Translations under genes and position numbers: made by a program
Shown: one piece after another, positions 11,489 to 21,600 of the stretch
Position numbering within the stretch: the stretch's first letter is position 1
How the letters are laid out: each line of letters opens with the position of its first letter
Assembly (NCBI GenBank): GCA_949358305.1
Contig: OX442314.1
Coordinates: forward strand, 3,720,001-3,784,000
Origin: Strigamia acuminata
Lineage: Eukaryota
DNA length: 64,000 nucleotides
Direction of reading: 5' to 3'
Notes under the pieces: generated by a model
What the model saw: the letters and a program-made list of their open reading frames with translations, nothing else
Database searches by the model: none
What the model was told of the DNA's origin: nothing

Positions 11489-11997
11489 TATCACAAGAGT
11501 CTTCATCAATTCTGAAACCAGGCTCAGCTTCTAGAAGATTTAATGCGCTACAAACTTCTACTGTATATTATGTCTTTTAATATTGTAAAGAAAAAGTACA
11601 GCCTTGGACATAAAAATTGACTCAGTCCAGCTTGAAGCTCACCTGCAGAATGAGCGGTTTCAGCTGTATCCACCAGGTGGTGTAAAAACCCACTGATAAG
11701 TTATAATAAATTGTCTATGAAAAGTCTGTTTGGAAACGGTTGCATTCAGTGTTGGAAAGTCATTGGAAATTTGATGTTTGTACAATTTGGAAAATATAAC
11801 TTTCGGGTTTGGAAATTTTGCATTTCAGTTATATTTCCAAAATATTTTATGGATAAAAATCTAATTTTTTTGCAGTGTAAATATCAAAGAAATACCGGTA
11901 GCGAGATAAATAGAATAGAAATAGAATAGAATGGAAATATTTACCTGCCAAAATTTCTAGTTATTAGGAAATGGAATAAATATATATTACTTCTTAC

Positions 11998-12519
11998 CTA
12001 CACCTGTAGAAACTCTACCCTTTGTATAAATCTGGTTTGTGTTTTTAAATATCTCGTCCTCGCTTTGTTCATGACAAATCCTAAACTTATTTTGGTACAG
12101 ATCGTTTACATAGTAGTCATTGAGAACATTCTTCCTGTTGGCCACTACTTTAAACTCTTTCTAAACAGGTGACAAATGCAAATATTGTTTACAAAGAGAG
12201 ATCATGTTATAAAAGGGAAAAAAATAATAATTAGCTCACTGATTTGAATAATTTTCCACACTTAGATGATTTTGGAAAATCGTAGTCGCCTGGCTTGCAA
12301 AGTGTCGCCTAAAAATAAAGAAACAAAGTTGTCGGAAACGTTTATAGGAACAAACACGTTTGTCTTTACTACAAATTACATTTATTTCTAAGAGGCCGGA
12401 CATACAGCCACAGAAAATCTTGGAAAACTGAAAAATATAAACATGTTAGTGATAATTCAATGTAATATTTTGTCTTAAATCTACTTTGCCATCGTCTTCA
12501 GTGAAAACCTTGTTACCGT
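11998..12519 (-). pseudogene. 5'-truncated secreted-protein gene, copy C: partial exon 2 12519-12485, exons 12427-12380, 12308-12240, 12160-11998
   Basis: FSKIFCGCMSGLLEIN / ATLCKPGDYDFPKSSKCGKLFKS / KEFKVVANRKNVLNDYYVNDLYQNKFRICHEQSEDEIF...; splice sites intact, exon 1 absent. Confidence 0.75.
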
Positions 12520-12690
12520 TAAAACAGCACGAGTTATTTCACACTCGCAATGCTTGAAAATGATGTCGAGATTCGCCGTCGCGGTCGTTTGTTGCATCGC
12601 AGACGTCGTGCGAGATATTTGGAGCGAACACGCCGACAGTTTGCGAATACGTTTCGACAAGCAAAAGGAATACTACTTGAAAAGTAATAT
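12520..12690 (+). pseudogene. Short fragment of the BC-box-like gene family (fourth copy)
   Basis: KTARVISHSQCLKMMSRFAVAVVCCIADVVRDIWSEHADSLRIRFDKQKE, fused directly to the truncation point of copy C. Confidence 0.75.
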
Positions 12691-13745
12691 GTACCCAAGT
12701 AACACAACTATATAGAGGTAATGTGGCTGTGAGATAGACGGTCTATCTGTCTACATAGATGTATATCACCTAAGACGAAACTATCTAGTGGAAGTGTTCC
12801 ATCTATATCGGATTTTAGCGGAACGGTCGCGGAATTAACATCGCATCTATGTAGAGCTCTAGATTGCTTCAATTTGGATTCCAACCGGATATGATATAGA
12901 CGTTAAGAATGATAGACCGTAAATAGACTTTAAATAGAATTCTAGATAGCTTCCACACAAATTACCCTTGGTTCTACATAGCTGATATAATCAAGCCTTT
13001 TGCAGATAGAATTCTATATTGAAGCCGCTTTGTTACTACATGCAAAACTATTATTTTTTTATTATTAGAATTGTAAATGAATTCGAAAATAAAAATAAAA
13101 TTTTTTATTTTTTATTTTACTAAACGGGGGCTACAACACAATTGGTATATTTAATTACAGTTTTGGGTTATTGAGTTTGTAAAATTAATTTAATAATTAA
13201 ATAATTAAATTTGCTTGGCACATTATCCAACCACGAATAACTTCTTTTCCGTCCAATCCCAATCGTCCTTATCGTTCGCGTAAACTCTTTTGATTATGTC
13301 ATTCATAGTCGTCTTCCCTGTTATGATTAAATAAAAAACAATTATAAATAAAATATTTTCAACTTTAAAAGTAATATTCCCTAACCTTTGTGTGAAGTTT
13401 GGGGGTCGAGGGGTCAACAGTGTTGGTTCCTATTCGGTTCCACAAAGATTTCGAATGTCCAAGTAATGAAAACACACGTTGTAACGGGAACATAAAATAA
13501 CACGTCTTTACTTTACGGTAAATTTTACAACAATTCAATTGCACGTGCATTACGTGCGTGCAACGTTCACACATTTGATAACGTTAAAACCTTTGATAAT
13601 TTGTAACAATAGATTAAATCTAACAAACCCTCCTTACAAATTTTTATAAGTTTTGAAATGAATTAAGAAAAACTAAAACTAACATTCAATGAAATTCGAA
13701 AACAAAAACAAAAAACATGAATAAAATATTATTTCGAACTTAAAA

Positions 13746-16700
13746 CTATTTGTCTTCGTCTTCGTTCTTCTCTTCGTCCTCGTTTATCTTAACTTCTCCT
13801 CTCAGACTCACGCCGTCGCGTCCCTCCATGAATTTGTCTTTCGCGACCGCCTTCGTCAGGAAATCAGCAATCATGTCACCTGTTGGTAAATGGATTAATT
13901 CAATGTTGCCAAGTTTTATCTCGTCCCTTATGAACATCAAGTGTCGGTTCATATGTTTAGTTCTTCCAAACTGGTTCGAACCGCACAAAATCTGCATTGC
14001 TGGTTGACTGTCCGTGAAGATTGGTACTTTTCTCTGCACACAGCTTCCTTCGCCCACTTCACTCAAAAAGTCTCGCGCCCATTTTATGGATTTCAGCAAT
14101 TCGCAGATGGCCAAAATCTCGCTTTCTGTCGATGACATCGCGACTAATCGTTGTTTTTTGGTTTTCCACGTTATTGTTGTTGATCCAATTTTTACTATCA
14201 TCCCTGTATGTGATTTTGCATCTTGGGTGACGTTCCAGCTTGCGTCCGCAAATCCTTGTAATTTCCCCTCCTCATTTGAGAAAAACAATCGCATCTCAAT
14301 CGTCTTCTTCAGATATCGCATCACTCGTTTGACCGCTCTGAAGTGTAATTGGCGCGGATCTCTTGAATATGCTGACAACGCACTTATTGCGAATGATATG
14401 TCCGGTCGTGATATTATCATCACGTGCATCAGCGATCCTATCATTTGCTGATAAAGTTGCTGGTCGACTCTTTTCGATTTCTCAAAATCATCTAAGTCTT
14501 GTCCAGTAGCCATTGGTGTGTTTGCAGTGACTCCGTCCATCAGCTCGTATCTCTTCAAAACATCGTTTATGTATTTTTGTTGACCAATTAGAATTCCGTT
14601 GTCCATTATCGAAATTTCCATTCCCAAAAGAAAATGCACTTCCCCCAAGTCAACAATTTCAAAAACTCGTTTTATCTTCTTTAGAATCCGGTCCAATATC
14701 TTTTGACTAGTAAACGCTGCCAAAATGTCATCTACGTACACCCCCAGAATAATAAAGTCATTTTTTCTCTTGTAAATATACACACACCTGTCGTTGATTA
14801 GTGGTGTCAGGCCAATTTTCTGCAATTCCGTGTCCAGTCTCTCGTTCCAACATCTCCCTGATTGTCTCAGGCCGTACAGGCTTCGTTCAAGTCTGCAAAT
14901 CAAGTCCTTCTGTTCATATCCCTCCGGCTGCTCCATGAAAATCGTTTCATCAATCAGGCCGTACAGGTAAGCTGTTTTTATGTCAAATTGACGCGTCATC
15001 AATTTGTGTTTGGCCACCATGGATAAAATGATGCGGAGTGATTCGACTCTTACAACTGGCGAGAAAGTTTCCGTGTAATCAATGCCTGCTCTCTGGGAAT
15101 ACCCCACTGCCACCAATCTTGCCTTGTATTTATTTACACTCCTGTCCACGTTGAGTTTTATCCGATAAATCCATTTGCTCTTTATCGTAGTCATTTGTTT
15201 TTCCTTCTTCACCAATGTCCAAACATTGTTCACGTGCAATGAGTCTATTTCACTATCCATCGCCGTTTTCCATTTTTCTTTTTCGTCGCAATTTATTGCT
15301 TGCTCGTATGTTTCCGGTGTAAATAAGTCGTCAACGCCTTCGAATGCTATATTCGCTGCTTCAACCGCTGCATTTACTGCTTCATGTTGTGCTGCGATGC
15401 GCTGTGATCGTCGTACACCTTCTTGTTGCAATTGTTGCTCACGCTGCTCCATTTGTTCCGCGTGTCGCTGCTCGAGCACGGCTTGTGTTGTTCCCCGAGG
15501 TCTGCCAATCTGCGCTGGTTGATCTCGTTGCAGCTCTTGTTGTTCATCTTCAACAATCACTGCAGGCTGTTGAGCATTGTTGTCATCGTTAGCATTTGTT
15601 TCTCCAATTGCCTCGTCTTCGAATTCTTGACAAAAACGCCTATTCTCGTCCGGTTTTGTCAAATTAAAGATGTCCGCCCCTCGAATTTCTTCATTAAATT
15701 CCACCGTTCTACCTTCTTGTATTTTCTTTTCTGCTGGGACGTAAATCCTAAACGCCTTTCTATCCGTCGAATATCCCACGAATATTCCGCGTTTTGCTTT
15801 TTGATCAAGCTTTTGCCTCTTCTCTGCTGGGATGTGCAGGAAAGCCTCACAACCAAAAACTCGAAGATGTTTTATTGATTGCTTGCGCTTCATCCACATT
15901 TCTTCTGGAACTAAATCCCCATTTGGTTTCGTCAAAGTTCGATTTTTTACGTGTATCGACGTTGAAAATGCTTCGGCCCAAAATATTTGCGGTAGGCCCG
16001 ATTCCAAAAGTAATGTCCGTGTCGCCTCTATGAGCGTTCGATTCGTACGCTCCGCAATGCCGTTGCTGGCTGCATTAAATGGCACTGTGAGCTTGTGCAA
16101 TATGCCTTCATCGTTGCATAAACGTTTAAAATTCTCGTTGACAAACTCGCCTCCGTTGTCGCTTCTAATACGCTTTAATTTGTTCCCCGTTTGCTTTTCC
16201 GCCATTGCTTTAAATGACTTGAAGAAATCAAATGTTTGAGATTTCTCGCTCATGAAATAAGCAAACTTCTTGCGCGTGAAGTCTTCAGTAATTACAAAAG
16301 CGTACCTGCTTCCTCCCATTGATGGTGTCTTGAATGGTCCAATCAAATCCATGTGTATTAGTTGCAAAACATCATCCGATTGCTTCTCGTTTATTCGTTT
16401 GTACGGGCTCTTCGTCATTTTTCCGAGTATGCACGCGGTGCATTTCTCCAATGGTGCATTGTTGTATTCCAACCCGTAAACCAATTCCTTGTTGGTCATC
16501 TTGTCGATTGTTCGTTCGTTTGCATGACACAATCGTTTATGCCATATTTCCTTGGTTTGTTTAGTTGTCGTGGCAACCGCATTCGCTTGCTCTTCTTTTT
16601 TCAGTTGCAATAAATACATGGTGCCACACTTCGCTCCCTTTCCAATCGTCTCTCCAATTGGACTATTAATGTCCGCCCAGTTTCCTCTGAATTGAACGGT

Positions 16701-17846
16701 GTAGTTCTTTGCCGTCAAGCGCGGAATTGAGAGCAAATTTCCTTTTAGCTCTGGAACAAAGAGCACATCTTGCAGCAAAATCTTCATTGTTGCTGCTCCG
16801 TCGAGTTGACAATCCAAAATTATGCTTCCTTTTCCAGTTGCTAGAAGCTTCACACCTTTCTTGGCTGTGGTTATTGTTGTCTCCATCTCAACAAACGTTT
16901 TAAACAGCTCGCGCTTGCTCGACATATGCACAGAAGCTCCTGAATCTAAAATCCAGTCGTCAAGGTGATCACTCGATTCCAATTCAACCACTAGCGCGTG
17001 TTGTATTGTTGCAAATTCTACTTCGGCCTGCGCCATCTTTGCCGCCTCCTTTGGTCTCTGCGTCATTTTCGTGGGGCGCTTCTCTGGATGGCGCTGCCAA
17101 CAGTCTTTGGCAATATGGCCACTTTTGCCACACTCATAACAAACAAATTTTGTCCCACCTTTTGTTTTCCTGCCTCCCGAATTTTTTCCGACTTGTGCCT
17201 TGAACGCCACTGTCCCGCTTTCCGTCGCTGCTCCTTTCAAATTAAACGCTGACCATTGGTCCTCCATTTTGAGTTCACGTCGTAATTCTTCAATTGTTGC
17301 GGCTGCATTCGATCGAAAATTCCTCGCAATGTGGGAAAATCTTGTCACGAGACCACGCGTCATGTACATCATCAATTCGCGATCTTTTATGTCACGTCCG
17401 ACTGCCTTGGCTCTCGATTGAATTGACTTTGCCCTGTTTAAGTAGCTGTCCACTGCTTCGTCGTGTCTCATACGTAATTCGCACAATTCTGCCGCCGCGT
17501 CGATTTGACGTTCCTCCGTCGTTCCGGCGTACAGCGCTTTTAACGCATCCCAAACTTCTTTTGCACTGGTTTTCCCCATGCAATTCGTCGCTTCCTCGTT
17601 CGAAACGGTCAAAATAATGATGCCGAGTGCCTCGTTGTTGTTTTTCACCCAAGTGTTATATTTTACGAGATTATCTGCGTAACCCGCAGAGCCCACCACC
17701 GGTTCCACCACCGCTGGGTCCGTGATCATATTTTTCAAACTTTTAGCTGCTAATAAAGTTCCAACCTTAAACTGCCAGATGAAATAGTTCTCCGGTGTAA
17801 GAAGATCAATTCGATTCAACGAACCGCCCGAAATCGCATCCGCCAT
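13746..17846 (-). CDS. Copia Gag-Pol polyprotein (1366 aa)
   Basis: CCHC CYECGKSGHIAKDC, protease WILDSGAS, WHKRLCH..CTAC, integrase (HMDL, RSDNGGEF, GIAER), RT YVDD and RNase H, in the order PR-IN-RT-RH. Confidence 0.97.
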   Translation of the reverse strand: MADAISGGSLNRIDLLTPENYFIWQFKVGTLLAAKSLKNMITDPAVVEPVVGSAGYADNLVKYNTWVKNNNEALGIIILTVSNEEATNCMGKTSAKEVWDALKALYAGTTEERQIDAAAELCELRMRHDEAVDSYLNRAKSIQSRAKAVGRDIKDRELMMYMTRGLVTRFSHIARNFRSNAAATIEELRRELKMEDQWSAFNLKGAATESGTVAFKAQVGKNSGGRKTKGGTKFVCYECGKSGHIAKDCWQRHPEKRPTKMTQRPKEAAKMAQAEVEFATIQHALVVELESSDHLDDWILDSGASVHMSSKRELFKTFVEMETTITTAKKGVKLLATGKGSIILDCQLDGAATMKILLQDVLFVPELKGNLLSIPRLTAKNYTVQFRGNWADINSPIGETIGKGAKCGTMYLLQLKKEEQANAVATTTKQTKEIWHKRLCHANERTIDKMTNKELVYGLEYNNAPLEKCTACILGKMTKSPYKRINEKQSDDVLQLIHMDLIGPFKTPSMGGSRYAFVITEDFTRKKFAYFMSEKSQTFDFFKSFKAMAEKQTGNKLKRIRSDNGGEFVNENFKRLCNDEGILHKLTVPFNAASNGIAERTNRTLIEATRTLLLESGLPQIFWAEAFSTSIHVKNRTLTKPNGDLVPEEMWMKRKQSIKHLRVFGCEAFLHIPAEKRQKLDQKAKRGIFVGYSTDRKAFRIYVPAEKKIQEGRTVEFNEEIRGADIFNLTKPDENRRFCQEFEDEAIGETNANDDNNAQQPAVIVEDEQQELQRDQPAQIGRPRGTTQAVLEQRHAEQMEQREQQLQQEGVRRSQRIAAQHEAVNAAVEAANIAFEGVDDLFTPETYEQAINCDEKEKWKTAMDSEIDSLHVNNVWTLVKKEKQMTTIKSKWIYRIKLNVDRSVNKYKARLVAVGYSQRAGIDYTETFSPVVRVESLRIILSMVAKHKLMTRQFDIKTAYLYGLIDETIFMEQPEGYEQKDLICRLERSLYGLRQSGRCWNERLDTELQKIGLTPLINDRCVYIYKRKNDFIILGVYVDDILAAFTSQKILDRILKKIKRVFEIVDLGEVHFLLGMEISIMDNGILIGQQKYINDVLKRYELMDGVTANTPMATGQDLDDFEKSKRVDQQLYQQMIGSLMHVMIISRPDISFAISALSAYSRDPRQLHFRAVKRVMRYLKKTIEMRLFFSNEEGKLQGFADASWNVTQDAKSHTGMIVKIGSTTITWKTKKQRLVAMSSTESEILAICELLKSIKWARDFLSEVGEGSCVQRKVPIFTDSQPAMQILCGSNQFGRTKHMNRHLMFIRDEIKLGNIELIHLPTGDMIADFLTKAVAKDKFMEGRDGVSLRGEVKINEDEEKNEDEDK

Positions 17847-17961
17847 TTTTCACGACGTTCGATTTTCGAATTCCGTCACGTGCGCACTTCGTTCTCACTC
17901 GAATCTTCGAAAAATGTCGTCTGAGTGCCGTGGATACTTCTTTTCGAAGAAAAACCGGCCT

Positions 17962-17971
17962 TCTGCTACCA
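17962..17971 (-). promoter_or_regulatory. Copia primer-binding site, initiator tRNA-Met
   Basis: TGGTAGCAGA, 2 nt inside the 5' LTR, is complementary to the 3' end of eukaryotic tRNAiMet. Confidence 0.8.
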
Positions 17972-18402
17972 CTTGTTGGTTCCTATTCGGTTCCACAAAG
18001 ATTTCGAATGTCCAAGTAATGAAAACACACGTTGTAACGGGAACATAAAATAACACGTCTTTACTTTACGGTAAATTTTACAACAATTCAATTGCACGTG
18101 CATTACGTGCGTGCAACGTTCACACATTTGATAACGTTAAAACCTTTGATAATTTGTAACAATAGATTAAATCTAACAAACAGTTGGGGACAACAACGTC
18201 ACGTCGCCGGGGGGCATTTAAACGTGACGCAAATATGTCCGAGAGGCGTTCAGGGTCGGAGCCAATAGGAACCGACCTTCATTGTACAAAAAACCTATTG
18301 TTTTTGAGAATAAAGCACTTTGAATTTGGAGAAGAAGGCGAATGTGTCGCGGACCAGTAGGTCCGCCATTTTTATTTCGAGGCCAACTAGAATTAGTTCA
18401 CA

Positions 18403-18415
18403 TCAGGAGTGGGAT
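18403..18415 (+). promoter_or_regulatory. Gypsy PBS for a 3'-truncated tRNA-Leu
   Basis: TCAGGAGTGGGAT abuts the LTR's CA and equals the tRNA-Leu complement TGGTGTCAGGAGTGGGAT minus its first 5 nt, as described for Drosophila mdg3. Confidence 0.8.
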
Positions 18416-18602
18416 GCAAAGACTGTAAATGCGACTGAACAATTAAGCAGACAAAACGTAGACGAAACGTAAAACGAGACGACGATCGTTTTTCAGCAGA
18501 GACGAGGTTTGAAAAACGAGCGACCACGTGGGCGGTCCAGGGATCGAGAAGAGAAATTCGCTGGGCAACACGAGGAGGTACGAGAGAATTCAAACGAACG
18601 AG

Positions 18603-21600
18603 ATGGCTGCAAAGCAAAAACGAGCGGCGGTGTTAGCAAAAATTCAACGCGGGGAGCTGCCGGCAGACGACGAGTGGGAGCGGCTGCGGATCCAAGACAT
18701 TCAACCGTTGTTGCGGGCGCGCAATATTGCGCCACCAAAGCTAAAGTTTGATTGCCTGAGTTTGCTGCGCCAAGTGTTACGAGAGGAAGCGGGAATCGAA
18801 AACGACGACGAAGAAAACGACGAGGAAACCGACGAGGATGACGGCGACGAACCCAAGGTAGAAGAAATTAATAAAAATGACGAGTCACGTGAAACAAACG
18901 TGCCACCGGCAGCGAGCGGTGCATTCAGCATGGAGCAGATGGCACAAATGATGCAGATGATGCAAGTGATGCAAGGGATGCAAAAGGAACCAAAGGAGGT
19001 GAAGAATGCACCAAAATTGCCGCGATTTTCGGGCGATCAAAACGAGTTGCGCACAACGACGGCGTGGTTGCACGACGTCGACGAGTACGCCACAGAGTAC
19101 AAATGGACAAATGTAACCAAAGTGACGTCGGCAGCAGCAGCGCTGGACGGGCCGGCGAAGGTGTGGCACGAGAACGCAGGGACGACGATTCGAAAATTCG
19201 ACGAATGGGCGGCCGAGTTGAAGCGGAACTTCCCGGACCAACAGCTCACGTACGAGGAGAAGGAGAGATTGATTCGGGCACCGCAAAAGAGCGACGAAGC
19301 GGCCGAGACGTACCTGCGACGGAAATGGGCCACGTGCGAAAAACTGGGAATGACAATCGGGGACGCGCAAAACTATTTACTGGATGGGCTGAAAATTAAA
19401 TCAGCCGTGTCGCCCATGTATTTCCAGCAGTATCAGCACATAAGCGAAATTGTCCGCACGATGCGAGGCGTGGAAGCCCGCACGAAAGGCGCAACAATTG
19501 AAACGAAGGGTAAAGCGACAACGACGGCGACGAAATCAAACGGGAAGAGCTACGATGCGGGGCCGAAGTGCTTTAAATGCGGCGAGAAGGGGCACCAGCG
19601 GGCCGACTGCACGAATGAGTTCAAGTGCTTTAAATGTCACGAGTCGGGACATTTATCGAGTGCGTGCCCCAACGGCACAAAATGTTTCAATTGCAACGGA
19701 TTTGGGCACATGGCTAACGCGTGCCCAGAACCCAGAAAAGAGCGAAAGCAGCCGTTGAAATCCAAAGCAGATGTCAAAGCAAAAGAAGTGAAAAAGGTTG
19801 TGGTCACCAGCATGCAACCTAAATTCCAAGTGGAGATGCGAATCGACGGGAAAGCATGCAGCGCGGGCATTGACACCCAAAGCGACGTCTGCTTGATTAG
19901 CAAAACGTTTGCGAAACGTACAAAAATTGACGAGCCCAATTACGAATACGTGATCGAGGGCTTTAATCAGGATGCAAGCAGCTACCGAGGACGCACCAAA
20001 TGTGACGTTGAGTGCGCGGGTGTGAGGTTGGAGAATATCGAATTTTACGTGGTCGATGAAGCGAAAATGGCCACAGAAGCGTGGATTGGCAAACCATTCC
20101 TCGAGCACTCGTCGATTACAATGCAGTCCGAGGGAGGCAGAGTGACATTCAAACAAGGCGAGGAGATACGAGATGAGTCAGGCATCGCAGAAATTGAGCC
20201 AAAACCCGCAACGATGAAGCCACGAGCGCTCGTGATCGACGAGAATCGAATTGTGCCGGCTCATTCGGTGAGCTTGGTGTCGGTGCGGGCCAAAAATCAG
20301 CCGGACGGGCTGTTCTACGTGGAGAGCGAGCGGGCGATGGCAGATCGATTGGGGGTGCCAGAGGGACTGATTGAAATAAAGGATGAGCGGGCGACGATGC
20401 CAATAATTAACGACGGGCCGGAGGAAGTACGAGTTGTACGGGGACGGAAACTTGGCCACGCCGAAATTACCGAAGAGGAACCGTCGTTACGGCAGATTAA
20501 GGTCAAGAAGGTGGCGACAAGCGAGACAGGCACGAGAGCACGAGTGACGGCTGCTGACATTAATCTTGGCAAAGCGGTGACGGCGGAGGAAACAGAGATA
20601 GTTTTGAATATTATCAACGATGAATTTCGGGATTGTTTTGCGACAAATCTGGAGGAAGTCGGATGCTTCCCAGGGTACCAAATGGACATTGAATTAACCA
20701 CGACGAAGCCAACCAATCTGCGACGGTACCAATACTCAGCGGCTCAACAAAAAGAAATTGACAAGATGGTCAGCGAACTGGAGGGGGCGGGGTTCATTAC
20801 GAGGTCGAAAAGCCCTTTTAATAGCCCAATAGTCATGGTGAAGAAAAAGACGGGAGAGTGGCGCATTTGCATCGATTTCCGGTCACTAAACGAGATCACC
20901 GTCAAGGAACATTTTCCGTGTCCCCGAATGGAAGAGCTTTTGGACGGGACACACGACTGGCGGGTCTTTCTCGTGTTTGACCTGGCGTCGGGGTATTATC
21001 AAATTGAGATGACGGCTGCAGCACAAGAGAAGACGGCATTTTCCACGATGAGCGGGAAGTACCAGTTTGTACGCATGCCGTTTGGACTCATAAATGCCCC
21101 ATTCGTGTTTAATCGAGTAATGGAGCTGGCATTTGGCCATTTGTCATACGAGATTTTACGACGTTACATGGACGATCTCTTGTCGGGCGCCAGTACGAGC
21201 GCAGAATTGATTGAAAAGATGAGAAAAATTCTAATTGAAGTGCGAAGATCGAAGCTGACGCTAAAGCTGAGTAAATGCCATTTCTTGTGCGAGGAGGTAC
21301 AATTTTTGGGCCTACGATTGACGGATGGTGGGCTGCGACCGGGACTTGAAAAGACAAGCGCCATTCGCAATTTTCCAAGGCCAAGAGACGTTCGAGGCGT
21401 ACGAAGCTTTCTGGGGCTATGCGGGTACTTCAGACGGTTTATTGCGGGGTACGCGACCAAAACGAGCGCGCTGACGGCGCTGACCCGGAAGAATGTACCG
21501 TTCGTGTGGGCGATCGAATGTGAGGCGGCGTTTCAAAACTTAATCAGCGAGCTGATAGCGGAACCAGTCCTAAAGATTTATAACAACACACGACCGTGCG

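Larger units (their letters stand above)
9707..12519. repeat. Segmental duplication, copy 1 (others at 25778-31083 and, inverted, 40050-42823)
   Basis: Colinear near-identity from 'tggctattgatgcctatagtg' to 'cttgttaccgt'; copies differ by private insertions with visible empty sites. Confidence 0.9.
13421..18178 (-). mobile_element. Full-length Ty1/Copia retrotransposon; 205-bp LTRs 13421-13625 and 17974-18178; TSD AACAG
   Basis: LTRs look identical by eye with TG..CA ends; AACAG at 13416-13420 and 18179-18183; PPT aaggagggtt next to the 3' LTR. Confidence 0.97.

Noticed and set aside
12693..13040. cccaagtaacac... element rich in tcta/taga motifs
   Set aside because: Probably a DNA-transposon remnant, but no second terminus or TSD could be identified.
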